Shown here: piece by piece, positions 12,918 through 26,206 of the stretch | Position numbering within the stretch: the first letter of the stretch is position 1 | How the letters are laid out: each line of letters starts with the position of its first letter | Source: Lama glama | Lineage: Eukaryota | Assembly: GCA_028534125.1 (NCBI GenBank) | Contig: CM052816.1 | Span: forward strand, 11,224,001 to 11,288,000 | DNA: 64,000 bases | Direction of reading: 5' to 3' | Position numbers and translations under genes: made by a program | Notes under the pieces: model-generated | The model's database searches: none | What the model saw: the letters and a program-made list of their open reading frames with translations, nothing else | Told to the model about the DNA's origin: nothing

Positions 12918-13149
12918 CTATGAAACACAAGTATGATTAAATCTCAGAAATGCCTTAAAATTACATTTAAAAAAAGACTGCATATATTTCTTTTTTTAGA
13001 AGTTAAAAATTTTTTTACATTTAAAAACTTCATTTTATAAAACTAGTTATTTATAAACTCAATTGTCATTCAAATACAAAAACAAAACTTAATTTTTAGC
13101 AACACTGTGTGTACAACAATCACATACTTTTTCTTCTCTTTTTTTTAAT

Positions 13150-13666
13150 TGTGAGAAAAAGGACAACCACCCCTGACATCTCAGAGCTGGAATGCCGCTC
13201 ACAGCTAGGCCTTAGTGTCTTCTGTTAAACATAAACAATTTCACAGACTATCAACCTCAAACAAGGCCACTCTTGTGCCCACGGTGGATCAAAGCAAGAA
13301 CAAGATGACTGAACACACACAAAAAATATGAATACTCTTCAAATCATAAAAATGACTAAACATCTCTCTACCCTGGCTAATACGAATGACTACTGCTTCT
13401 TTACCAATTACAGCTTTAGCCTAATTCTAGTCTTCCCTCCTTCTAGGTAAGACTTATTAAGACACCTGATCACAGAATTATTCCTGTTTCCTTTAACCCT
13501 CCCCCAAAACACCTAACACAGCCAATTCTAAAATAAATCTTTGCTAACACCCTCTAAATAAGACGTTCCATGGTTTCACTGTGTATACTCCCTCACTGAA
13601 TTAATAAACTCTATTTGTTCGATGACAAGTGTGTTTCTGGGGCACTTTGGCTGGGGGGTACTATCA
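13150..13666 (+). mobile_element. Solo ERV1-type LTR (MER90-like)
   Basis: TG...CA termini; cacagctaggcctt...aacataaacaatttcacaga...caaggccactct motif; internal AATAAA; ttaat/ttaag flanks. Confidence 0.7.
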
Positions 13667-14419
13667 TTAAGTTTTTCCACAAGTGAAGTACCAAATAAAA
13701 ACCCATGTTTCCAATAATTACAAACCCTTCTAAGAATTAAGGCACTGTGCAATCATAATCTTATCATTATTATATTTTATCAAATACTGTATGAGTTTAC
13801 AACCAAACATAGGCAAGTAGTTAGCTCACAAATCTGACTTCGGAAGCAAAATAATGGCCACCTTTACTGTGCTCATTTTGGTATTTAGATTCCTTTCCTT
13901 TCTGAACATGACTCCAGTTAATCTTCCTCTCTTCAAGGTATAGCAGAGCAACATGGTATACTACAATCTCTCTGGTTTAAGTCTTCCCTAACATACTCCA
14001 CTTTATTTTTAAATTAACTTTGAATACACGATGTGAGGGACACTGGATCTAATATTAAGAAATTCATGGAAAAGTCAATCATGCAAGTAATACAATTATA
14101 AAACTCTCAATCACACAATACTTAATTATTTTAAAAATGAAGCTACTTTAAATACACAGGGAAGTCTCTCAAGTACTGCAGGGACCTCCACAGATGACAT
14201 TCATGTTCTTATTACATATCAAAATTAAAATGGCAATACCTACAATTTTAAGTACTTCTTTTATGCTTTACCAACATGAAATTCTTTAATCCCCAGAGCA
14301 ACTCAATTTATCGAAAAAGAAACCAATGTTTGCCAGTTATCCAACACATTTAGTAAGAGGCAGGTTAAGGCAGTCAGGGCTGTCTGACTTCAAGGCCTAC
14401 AATTGTTTTTGTTTTCCTA

Positions 14420-16490
14420 TCTTTTAGTAACGGAATTTTTTGAAACAAAAGTATAAAATTATATATAAAAAGCTTGATGTATCCGTCACCAAGCAGTAAC
14501 AATCATTAATCTACATTATTTTATGTAAAATTATTAATTAACATTATTTTATGTAAAATAATCCTGTTTTACTTAAATTCCCAACTACATCATCATACCA
14601 AACACCACATATCATTTTACCTGTAAATATTTCAGTTGTCTCTCTGAAACATAAGGATTCATTTACTTTTCTAAACCACAATACCATTATCACACTGAAA
14701 AGGTTAACAAATCTTTAATATCATGAAATATTCACATCTCCAGATTCTATTATAATTTTCTAAAGATTTTTTCCTATTTGAATTTGGATCTATTAAGGTC
14801 CATATAGTGAAATCAGTTGTATCTCTTTAAGGTCTCCTTTAATTCCGTTTTCCTCTCCCTGTCTTTCTTTTCCTAGTAAATCAGTTGTTGAAGAAACCAG
14901 GTCACTTATCCTACAGTAGTTACCACAGGATTCTATGGTGTCCTTGAACATGTTCCTCTGTTCTTTGAATGTCCCTAAAATTGTAAGTAGTGCTAGAGCC
15001 TTTATGGCATTTTCTTCATTCTTTGACAGGATGCTAGTAATGTCTGACAAATTCCTCGCTTTCCAGTTTGACAAAATATTCTAGGCTCATCTGGAACGCT
15101 GACAGCCCGTGATCTGGGGACCTATCTTCAAGGATCCCTGGTCCCTTTGGGTACTAAGGGAAGGGGACGATCAGGGCTCATTACCATTGGGCTGGTCATT
15201 TTTCTAGACTTTGTTGGTGAACAAAATTAGGAAATGTTTTGGAGTTTTTTTTTTTGTTGTTTACTTGTTTTTTAAGATAAAATACAATCTGAATTTATAT
15301 TGATAATTTCAAGTCAAATGCAAGACAGTAGTGTTTTAACTTAATCTCATCTATTTTACATCTCTTTTCAACCACATTGAAAATCTTACTTGTCAGTGAC
15401 ACCAATATAATTCTTCATTTGATTTATCTCACAATGCTCACAAGTCACTTTCAGAATACCAACACAGCCAACAAAATGATTGCTGAAAAGACCTTTTTTA
15501 AATTGCTTCTTGTCCTCAAGGTATATCTCATTAGATATACATTGTCAAATAACCATTTTGAAGCACTCCCTATGTAGATATGATAGTTCATTTGTTCATT
15601 TTAATTTTTAGAGATTCCTTTTATTATTACACACAGCATTTGCATGGTTTCAAAAACAAATCTACAAAACAAAACAGTTAAAGTTGTCTAGTTTCTTCTA
15701 TCTTTGCTATAACCACAACATTTAAATTGTACAAATTATTTGTTTTTTTCTATTATAACCAAATACTTCTATGTGCTCATTGCCACTTTTTTTTTATAGC
15801 AACACTGGCTGACTATACATTTTTTGGTTCCATTTTGCTTTTTTTACTTAATGTATCCTCATGATCACCCCATAATATATAATAAAGAAATTCCGCATTC
15901 CTTTGTAAAGTTGTACATATGCTGTTATGTGGATGTACTACATTTTAAGTAACCAGCCCCCTATTGATGAACATTTGGGTTGTTTCCATTCTTCTGCTAT
16001 TGTAAAGAGTCTGCATTTCCTAGCCTTGCACGTGTCTTTTCATAGTTTGACTAGTGTATCTTTGGCATAGATAAGGCATAGTTGAGGCATTACTGGTTTA
16101 TAGATAAATGTATACATAATTTTGCTAGATACTGCCAGTGGGAGTTGTAGCTTTTAGCATTTCCATGAGCATATAGATCTCAGATCCTTGGGAAATTACC
16201 AGGATAATTTACATAATTTAAAAAATGAATCTAATTTTTTTTCTATCAGGGTACCCAGTTATCCCCATACCATTTACCAAGAAGTCCATATGTTCCCACT
16301 GATCTGAGACACCATGTTGGCATGTAATAAATTCCTATTTGCAAGTGAGTCTATAAATCTCAAACTTCTGTCCACTGGTCTGTCTCTTCATGTGCCAAGA
16401 TCAAATTGTTTTATAGACTTCACAGAATTTTTTAACATCTAGTAGGGCTAGCCTGACTTGTTGTTCTTTTTCAGTTTTCCTAGCTCCCTT
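14420..16490 (-). mobile_element. Degraded old L1 (L1MC/ME-like) fragments
   Basis: e.g. ttgatgaacatttgggttgtttcca and atcattttacctgtaaatatttcag; no intact ORF. Confidence 0.55.
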
Positions 16491-16909
16491 GGGAAAAAAA
16501 TCACCATGCTGGAGAGTCATCATAAAAATATATTCCTAAAAGCAAAAGACACTACTTTAAAAACACACTTCAAAATTTGACTTTTCATTATGACTGAATC
16601 CTCTTCCTTATGTTTTTAATTATATTAAAGAGGAAAAGTTATAAAAGAAAAGGACTAATGAAAACATCTATCTATTAATAAATGGTAAAATTCTCAAATT
16701 CCTATTTAACTTTGAATAGGAAAAAAAATTTAGCACGCTTCTGGCTGAATCATGGAAATTAGGGAAGTTTACCTGCCATACTTGTTAGTTGTCACAATTA
16801 TCTTGATTGAGAAAATAAGACATTACAAATCTGAATGGTAATCAATTTGCTAACTTCTCTGTATCACTGAATAACTCTAAATATATTTGAGGTTCACTAA
16901 AATATATAC

Positions 16910-17050
16910 CTGGCAATCCTCTCCAGTACCACCTGACTGATTCAACAAGTGTGCTGCATCACTCTGGTTACCACTTGCATGTCCAAGACGATGTTTCACA
17001 GGAACTTTGTTAAGAACATATGTACCCGATGTCTGTGGTTTGCTCATCAT
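16910..17050 (-). CDS. RBM27: RBM27 exon 14 (141 nt)
   Basis: MMSKPQTSGTYVLNKVPVKHRLGHASGNQSDAAHLLNQSGGTGEDCQ. Confidence 0.94.
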
Positions 17051-17369
17051 CTGCATATACAAAATACACATATTTGTGGTAAGTTTTTTAAATGCCCAGG
17101 AATCATACCTGAAATTTAGGACAGTGATTACCCTGGGAGGAAGAAAAGGAAATATGAAGGGAGAGTGCTTCAATTAACTGTAAGGCTGTATTTCTTTTTA
17201 AAGAGGTAGATATACAAATCACTGTTAAGATATAAACAGGTATAAAGAGATATAAAGATATAAAGAGGTAGATATACAAATGACTCATACAGATTAAAAT
17301 TTCCCATAAACTTTTCGTTTCCTTCAACATGTAATGCTTTGAAGGACTTAAAGGTTTTAACTGATAGTA

Positions 17370-17730
17370 GCTTAATATCACTAACAGTGTGATATGGCCA
17401 CCCTAAGAACATAATATAGTTTTGGGCTGCATTAACAGAACAGCGTCTAATGGATTACAGAGGTGATTGTTATCTCTCTTTTGTACACCATTCAGCCAAC
17501 ACCTAGGACAAGCATTCACTTTTCGGCCCTAACATGAAGTGGGATAGAGACCAAAGAAATGCAGGCTTAAGTACGAACAGACAGGATGATGAATGGAGTT
17601 AACACTATGTACTGTTAAGTAATATACTTTTTTTTCCTGCAAATCTGAATACATTAATCCAAACAAGAGAATGTCTAGGAGGAGATGATCAATATCAACA
17701 GTATCTGAATGGTTCTAATGCATAGTGGTT
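17370..17730 (+). mobile_element. Ancient L3/CR1 LINE fragment
   Basis: aacagtgtgatatggc...ttgggctgcattaacagaa...gaggtgattgt...caggatgatgaatgg resembles the CR1 RT 3' region. Confidence 0.55.
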
Positions 17731-17999
17731 TGTTCTTTCTTTCATTCATCTATTCATTCAAATATGTTTTGAGCAGTACACGCCAGGCCTTGTTTTAGGC
17801 ACTAGGGATAGAATGAATACAACAGATAAAATGCCACTCTCCTGGAGCTTCCACTTCAGTTTAAAAAGAACAGAACTTTTCTATACAGGGAAAAGTAAGA
17901 CAAAAGGGTGGGCATGAAAGTGACTGATTCCAACACAAAACAAAGAAGTTGCTCTAGACTGAGTTGTTCAGTGGTGGATGGTTACACTTTATTGCTGAG

Positions 18000-18345
18000 A
18001 AAAATCACTATAGGTATTCTCAAACATGCAGATTTATGGGCGCCATATCTACAGACTGACTCCACATTTGAGAAGACAAGGCCCAGGAATTCGCACCCAG
18101 GCAAGGGATGCTGATGTAGCACACACTCCTCATACTTCAGGGTACATGAGAATCACCCAGAGAGCCTGTTAAAATAGATTACTGGGCCCCACCCATAGCA
18201 ACTGCGATTCAGCAAGTTGGGGTGAAGTCCAAGAAACTGCCTATCTAGCCAGCTCCTAGGAGACTAGATGATGCTGGTCTGCAAATCAGACTGAGTGGCT
18301 CTGACACAGAAGACCCAAGGACTGCAAAATGAGAAGCACTGATCT
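18000..18345. mobile_element. MER5A-like hAT elements (apparently nested pair)
   Basis: gaatcacccagagagcctgttaaaatagattactgggccccaccc...gattcagcaag...tgagaagcactg. Confidence 0.6.
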
Positions 18346-18392
18346 GGAGGATGGGACCAGAGGACCTGTAATTCCGTGAACCAACAGCTTAC

Positions 18393-18689
18393 CTTCTGCA
18401 TACCCCCATGTACCGTTGAGGGAGGAGACTGGGCCACCAGCACCTGCTGCTGATGAAGGTGCTGTGGCAGGTGATGGTGCTGCTGTGACAGGTGACCAAG
18501 GGTTTGCTGTTGCTGCAGGAGTAGCTGTGTTGGGGACTGTAGTGCTGGTTGCTCATTATTTTCCCTATGCCACAGGACTCGAATGAACCGGTTGTTCAGA
18601 ACTGCTTCAGTGCTGGAAATGGCTTTTCTGGCCTCCTCATTGGTAAGATATTGGATGAGGGCTGCTTCTGGATCTCCCTTAAAAGCAAC
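18393..18689 (-). CDS. RBM27: RBM27 exon 13 (297 nt), RRM C-terminal half plus Q/H-rich region
   Basis: VAFKGDPEAALIQYLTNEEARKAISSTEAVLNNRFIRVLWHRE...QQHHHLPQHLHQQQV...GMQK; 99 open codons. Confidence 0.96.
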
Positions 18690-19654
18690 CTGTAAGAAAA
18701 AACAAAAGCAACAACATCAAAAACCACAGAAAGTAGTAATTATAGTCAAATGCAAATAAATTACTGATTAAAAAATCAGAAGTAGAAAACAGCCTGCTGA
18801 AATCCATTGTGAGTCCTATGTAAATAAAGTTCTCCAGCCCTTAAAAGATGACATGTGCATTTCAAAATTATATATGAAAGAATAGTGGATTATTTAATAA
18901 ATAATCCTAATAATATTACATGACCACTTAGGGGAAGGTTGTTAGTTCCCTCCCTGGCATTTTACATTCAAACTCCAGAGAAAGAAAATTTTTTACAATA
19001 GTAAATGAACCAAAAAAACCCCATAAAAACCCAGGGAAAAAAGTGAGTATCTGTATAATTTGAGGGTTTGGAAAGCCTTTTACACATACCTATAAACGTA
19101 GGCTCCATAAAGACAAACAGCAGATATGACCAAATAAAATTTTAATACCACTGTCAGTCCAAACATACCATAAACAAAATAAAGGGCAAAAAGAAAAAGT
19201 AATTTTAATATATATGAGAAGTAAAGGCTTGGAAAAGCATTATTATAAACACTTTCATAAAAAAATGGGCAAAGACAATAGACAGGTAAACCCAAAAGTA
19301 CTGCAAATGGTCTATATAAACTAGAGTCTACCTAGGAATAAAAAAAAAAAGGAAATAAAAACAAGTACAATTTGTCATTCATAAAACAGGACTAAAAAAT
19401 TTTAAAGGATCCATGTTACAGTGTTGATGAGGTTTCATACATTGCATTTGGGAGTATCAATTGGCACAAGCCTTCTGGAGAACAATTTGGCAGTTCACAA
19501 AGTTTTTAAACTCTCTTTAATTCAGCGATGACATCATTAAAAAAAAGGTTTATCCAAAAGGAGGCTCACCATAGCACTGTTTTTATATAAAATAATAGAA
19601 ATAACATAAATTCCCTTAAACAGAGACTAGTGTTTATATAAATGATGGCCCAAC

Positions 19655-19996
19655 TATGGACTGAATTATATCCCCCCCAAACTCATATGTTGAAGCCCTA
19701 ATCCACAATGTGACTATTTGGAGACAGGGCTTTTAAGAGGTAATTAAGGTTAAGTGAGGCCTTAGGGCTGGAGCCCTAATCAGATAGGACTGGGGACCTT
19801 ATAGGAAGAAATCTCTCTCTCTGTCTTTTCCTATCCCTCCCCTTCCACCATGTGAGCACCCAGCAAGAAAAGAGTCCTCACCAGGAAACAAACTGGCTAG
19901 TATTTTCATCTTGGATTTCCCTGCAAATAAATTTTTGTTTTTAAGCCTCTCAGGCTGTGTGATATTTGTTATGGCAACCCAAGCAGACGAATATAC
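19655..19996 (+). mobile_element. MaLR LTR (MLT1A/B-like) inserted in an older L1
   Basis: tatggactgaat...tcatatgttgaagccctaat...gtaattaaggttaagtgagg...ttgttatggcaacccaagcagac. Confidence 0.8.
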
Positions 19997-21022
19997 TCAG
20001 CTGCATTAAGCTACCTAACTCTTCTAAGTGCCATAAAGAATAATGACCTAGGAAAAATTTAAGAGAAAAAAATGTAGTTAGAGATATCTGATATGACCAC
20101 ACTTTTTGTATTTTTGAGCGTGTGAAGCATTTTTAAGAAGAGATAAGAAGAGAACATGTGTGCTCCTCCAAATAAATAAATACAGTATTGTCTTTTCATC
20201 AAAAGATTATTAATTGTCTTTGCTAAGTATGAGATTTGGGTGATTTGGTTTTTTCACATTTATTTAACGTATTTCTAATTACCTGTAAAATTAAACATGT
20301 ACTACTTCTGCACTCAGGAAGAAAAGTGACTTTAAAAACTCTCTCAAAAAGAATACTCTGGTTCAATTCTTTGAAATACCAAGTCCCCCAATATTACCTT
20401 CCTAAAACTCAGATTAAGTAAATTATATTTTGGTTTGATGGCAACCCTAAGCATCAGGTGTAACTGTCTGAAATTCCAACTTAAACAGACCTTCAAATAC
20501 CCTCAACTACAGCCTAACATCCAACCACAAACTTACAAATCCAAATATCTAACAAGCACACAAGATACAAATGCTACAATTTATGTGATGTTAGATTACG
20601 TTACAGTGTCTAAAAGTCTCAAGATTAGAACCATCCTTAACCAGTTAATACTTCACAATACAAAATTCAGTCACTACACAAAATCACAATCTTAGAAATT
20701 ACCAAAACTCTCACCTACCAAGTTAGAATGCTAAAGCAGGCAAAAAAAAAAAAAAAAAAAAAAGTCATCTGTCCAGAGATATAACTATGAACAAAAACAC
20801 AGTAACTAGCCCATTGTCTTTCAAGAGGTTGCAGAAGAGAATCAGATGAATTCAAAGGACAAACATCATACAGTTAGGTATACAGATACACAGTGGAGTT
20901 TAAAACATGTAGCGCAGATGATCAGACTAATCACTGGCTTGTTTAAGCAAGATGAGCTGATAGGAATATTTTTAAAGATACATAAAATACATGGATTATG
21001 TCACCAACATAGCCACACCTAC

Positions 21023-21176
21023 CTGGATATTAACAATAGTTCCAAATTTGCTGAAGTGTTCATTGAGCTTGGTAATGTTGTTCAACTCCTGAGGGATTTT
21101 CTTGACTTCTAATTTGGTGTTGGTATACTGATTCTTTCTTAAGAATCCTGGTTTACTCTGATTGTTATTCCCTTGC
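21023..21176 (-). CDS. RBM27: RBM27 exon 12 (154 nt), RRM N-terminal half
   Basis: ...NQYTNTKLEVKKIPQELNNITKLNEHFSKFGTIVNIQ; donor CAG|GTAGGT. Confidence 0.96.
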
Positions 21177-21638
21177 CTGAAAGAAATATTAACAGATCTT
21201 GGTTAATTTGCCTACATTATGCCTATGCAAAAGATCATCAGCAAAGAATCTAAGTTTTTATTTACTGAAGTATCCTTTATAAGCACTTAACTTGTGAGCA
21301 CCTAATTATTCAGAAATTACCAGGTAATTTTCACATCTTCCTTTTTACACAGAAACAGAAGAGGTACAGAGAAAGACAGAAGACTGATGCTTCAGTAATA
21401 CTTAACACTGGGTTAGACTTAGCAATAAGTAGAACAAATTACTAATACCTATTATAAATATTCTGTTAACTTCAATTTTTAAGACATTCTAACAATGCCT
21501 CTGGGAACCCTAACTTCGAGACACACAGTTTTTTGAAAATCACTGAACAATGACAACTCTTAGCTTTACAAATTAACTAATGCAAACAAAAATAACAAAA
21601 ACATCAACTAGATATTTCTAATTAGCAAATCATCTTAC

Positions 21639-21783
21639 TTTCCCAGCCAAGGTTTCTTTGTGAGTGGCCCTTCCAAACCACTCATAGCTCTCTTCCGGCT
21701 ATCTGGTTCAAGAACTACTCTGGTTATGTTGCTATTAATTGAAACAGGAACTGGTGGTTCAGTCTGGATGACAATGTTAGCAG
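21639..21783 (-). CDS. RBM27: RBM27 exon 11 (145 nt)
   Basis: AANIVIQTEPPVPVSINSNITRVVLEPDSRKRAMSGLEGPLTKKPWLG; donor AA|GTAAGA. Confidence 0.95.
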
Positions 21784-23299
21784 CTGTTAAAAACAAAAAT
21801 TAACATTACTAACAATGCATTATATTGGGGAAATTTCAAATGATTAAAATATTTAGTCCAAAAGCTAAAAAGCAGTCAGTGTGATCCAACTACTACCATT
21901 TCCTTTTCAGAAACATTTAACAGCACGAGTAAGTTACCAATTGCCTCCTTTTTCTCCTTAATACAACATCCAAGTTTAAAAAGTCCTAGGCAACCCTAAT
22001 GGTAATGATTGATTCAGGCAAGGATCATCAATGGAAAAAAAATCAGTGAAAAAATGTTGGAGAATGATATTCATCTGATGCCAAAGTACCACTCTACATA
22101 TTTTTTACTTTACAATAGAAAACTCTAACAATTATCGCTTTAGGTAAGTGATCAAATTCACTAGACCATAAACAGTGATATTACTTGTCTCATGATGTGA
22201 TTCAACAAGAAGTTCATATGGATAGAATGTTACTACGGAATTATGATCTTCTTATGTGTGGCAATGATATTGCGCTTACATAGCACTATGTCTTGTTCTT
22301 AGCTGTAAACTAAAGGATCTAAACTATCACAACCTTTACAATTTACTTTCAAGTGATTCAAGAAAAAGAATACAAAGGTAGAGGGGAGGAAGGGAGAGAG
22401 AGAAGAGAGTGCATGCACACAGGTGAACATCCATGCCCAAAGCTCAAAATGTTAACAACTGGTGAATCTATTCAGGTGTTTATTATACTTTTGGGTTTTC
22501 TGAAGGTTTAAGCATTTTCAAACTTAAATGTTGAGAGGAAAATTCAAAGCCAATATTATACATTAGCACATTCCATTTGCAATAGTTAAGACTAAAATAT
22601 TGTAGAATCTGACCTTACAACAGGTTACCTCTTGGTGGAAAGAGGTGTGCTGAACAAAAAAGTGAATACCAGCACAAACCTATGCATGTTATGTTCCGGA
22701 GTATTCTTCCTAACTTTAGCAATTTCACCAAAAGTAAAGGATAACCAAGGTAGAACTGGAAGTTGGAATGAGGATGGGGGTGGAAGGAATTATGCTCCAT
22801 TTCATCCCCTTGACAGGGAAATTATGACACAGATTCATTCGACATGGATTTGTTGAGCAGGTGCTATAGCCCAACAACTGTACTACATCTTGAGAACAAA
22901 TTAGTGAAAAAAATAGATCCTCGCCCTTGTAGGGCTTGTGTTTTCAGAAGGCTAATGGAGGGGACAGCAATTGTGATGTCATAAAGCATTCTAGAATGTG
23001 AGTTGCCATTATGTCTTCCCTATAACAGTTATCATTACCACCTGACATCACCTAATGCTTTTCTTTACTGAAGTGACTTTTTAAAAAGAAATATAGCTAG
23101 AGGTTAAGTGACTTGCCCAAGGTGACAAAGCAAGCCTGTTGTATAAAAAGTACATGCCTTCTACACCAAGAGAGCTTATCTATGGATTACTGTATATGAG
23201 TGTACAGACAGAAAAGGGAAAGACTTCAAGTTCTGAGAATATGATCTTCCCACTAATATCGGGTAATTTGGTAACAATATATGCACTACAGCATAGTAG

Positions 23300-23540
23300 G
23301 TAACAGCATATTCTTTGGAATTAAACCTGGGTTCTAATTCTAACTCTGTCATGTACACAACAGAATAAAATTAGTAATGGGCAAGTTCCTTAACCTCTCT
23401 ATATCTCAGTGTCTTTATCTGTAAAAAGAGAATAAAACAACTCATTTAAGGAGTTGTTGGTAAGGAGTATGAGAGAGAATAATATATAAAAAAGCATTTG
23501 GATTAGTCTTGACACAAAACTGTTAATCTGTAGTAGCAGT
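23300..23540 (+). mobile_element. MIR SINE
   Basis: cctgggttctaattc...gggcaagttccttaacctctctatatctcagtgtctttatctgtaaaa. Confidence 0.65.
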
Positions 23541-24282
23541 AAGTGTTATTAATGGCAGTACAGAACAGTTAATAAAATAAGGATAGGAAAGAAGGTAAGA
23601 ACAGGAAAATGTCTCCCATATAAGTAAATCAGGAAAATATCATCAGGATGGCATATGGCCAGTCATTCAAACTGACATTAAATCCTGAAAATCTAACTAT
23701 AATAATAAGTAAGAAACTGGAATCTCATCAAATTCTTTAACCAAACTTTTTTTTGAGGGGAGGGGAAAGGAGGGTATCAACCCATATTAAAGGTAATGCT
23801 TCTATTTAATCCAAAGATTTGTGGCTGTGCTTTGTAAGGGTCCTAAAATACGGTTATAATCATAAATACTAAAGATGGTCAAAGGATAATTTTATTAATG
23901 TTTTAGGTTCTCAATGTTATCAGTGTGACACACGGCTCTTATAATACAAAGTAGGCCCTTAAATCAGTTCTTTGAGGTCAAAGGACCATGTCATTTCATC
24001 TTTCTATATCTGATATATAGCAGTACCCAAAATGGCCTAAAGTCCTACAAAAAGAACAATTAAATAACATGAGTATTATTTTATTTAAAAATGAATATAT
24101 TCTAATTACAGCTTTAAACCACAATTTGGAGAGTTATTCAAAAACATTTATTCAAGGTCATTATATAGCACTCTTTCAGGAGACAGTGTTGTTAAGTATT
24201 CCCAGACCTTAGCGAGGTCAGAAATGCTGTACCTAACTCTAGTATGACATTTAGCATGGGAAAAAGCTCAAGGCATTCTCAC

Positions 24283-24432
24283 CTCTTGGATTTGCATCCA
24301 TATCTCCAGATGTTAGGCCAATCAGGTTTGGACGCTGTGTCTGTGTTCTTGAAAAAAACTGTCTATACTGAGATCTTCCAGAACTGGTAATACTAGGAGC
24401 TTCTGGATTATAACCATCTGGTTCATAGGTAT
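24283..24432 (-). CDS. RBM27: RBM27 exon 10 (150 nt)
   Basis: DTYEPDGYNPEAPSITSSGRSQYRQFFSRTQTQRPNLIGLTSGDMDANPR. Confidence 0.96.
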
Positions 24433-26041
24433 CTGAGGGAAAACAAAACAACAAATCATGTAATAAATCAGAGTAGTTCAATAGCTTATCATAAACTACC
24501 CACAAAAAATGAATTTCTTCAACAAATATAATTATATCAACCCATATGTATTTCTTTTTGAATTACAATATACCGATAAATCTACTAGAAATGAAAGAAA
24601 CAAAAATGTTCCTGTCACAAAATATAGATACGTAAATTCATTCTGAATTACTGATATATTTCTAGATTTGGTTACCTAGTCACCTTTGTCCTCTATATTA
24701 ATTACGTAATTTAAACTTCAATGCACATTTTTAAAGGGGATCTTCACATAAACAAATACCATATATAAATGACTGGTTGAGTTTCCTCTGTTATTATGTC
24801 TCACCAATTTCTGAGTACTCTTTTAATTGGGGGGAAAATTAATCTACACTTCAAACTGGAGAGGTAATAGCTCATTTCATATACAAAACCTATTTCAAAT
24901 GTTTTATTACAAACAGCTAAATAAGAAAAATTTTATATTTATAAATATAATCATTATCTTAGTACCACCTGCCTCATCAATTCCACTTTTATTATGTTCT
25001 CTGTGTTTCCTCTACAACTGAAACCTTAATTTTTAAAATTCTAATGCTAAATAAATATCTTGTTAGCATTAAAAAAAATTCTGAATGTGTTGATCTCCAA
25101 AATACCTTCATCCTACATTAGAATGAAAGAAGGGTTAAGATTGAGTGAAGACACTGATTCTCACAACTCTGATTTATAAATCCTTGCATCTCTTTTTTTT
25201 CTTAATGGAAAAATTCCTTTGTTGTTCATATTAAGTTTCAACTACAAGATAAGGTACATTTAGATCTTTAAAAGTAGCCAATCAATTCTATAATTCAGAG
25301 TGTAATATCAGCAAATTATGATTAAAAAGTTTTCAGTTACCACTTGGCACTCTTGACAGACTATTTCCTACAGTTAAGGCTACAGAAAGTTTTAAAGAAA
25401 TTACATAATCAAACGGCCTTGTTCTTGTAATTCCTGGGAATACACAGAACCCTAAGAAACTTGAAAGTCTTTTAGTTAATTGACCTGAGATCTGAAGGCA
25501 AACTGAGAAATGTTAAAAACCTCATGAGACACCCTCAAAGTACTCCATAGATCTTCAAATCATACATGCCAATAGGAGGAAAGAGTTTTGAAGAAATCAC
25601 ATTATACACCATAAACAAGGGGCAGAGGGAAAAAAAAGACATGTTCATCCATGATCAGCAAGAGACCAGATGCTTCAACTTGTTTTAAAGAAAAATTAAC
25701 CTAGTTTTTCTTGTGACATATAACTGATTAGAAACACTCAGGTAGACATCCTCATCCTATCTACTGGATTAGAAACTAGTTCAAGGAATTAGTGTCACTT
25801 TAGTTACCGAGGCACTGCAAGTAAATACAAAGGACACCTGAGATGACAGACACACAGGAGGCCTAATCATCTAGGAGTCACTAGGGACAAACCAAAGAAG
25901 CAGAGGAACAGAAAATAAACTGCCTAGGAGCTTCAGTGGGACTTTGTGATAGCAGATCAGGATACCAGGTCACTTCTTAGGCTGGCCAGTTTATGACACA
26001 AAAGATCAGAGACCTGGATGGCCATCTGTAGCAAAGCTTAC

Positions 26042-26206
26042 CTGGGACCAGAGGGGTGGGGCTGGAGACTGAGGTATGGTACCCAATGGAGGATCCCATG
26101 AGGTTTCGAGGTGGCACCAAACGAGCTGCCAACAGAGGAGGCGGTGTCCCCAGCTGAAGTCGCTCAGATGCAGCAGCACCATGTTCACGAGAGTACATGG
26201 GCTGTC
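26042..26206 (-). CDS. RBM27: RBM27 exon 9 (165 nt, symmetric phase 1-1)
   Basis: RQPMYSREHGAAASERLQLGTPPPLL...SSPTPLVP; gtag|GA and CAG|GTAAGC. Confidence 0.93.

Noticed and set aside
14513..14559. 19-bp direct repeat acattattttatgtaaaat
   Set aside because: Simple slippage duplication inside a degraded L1
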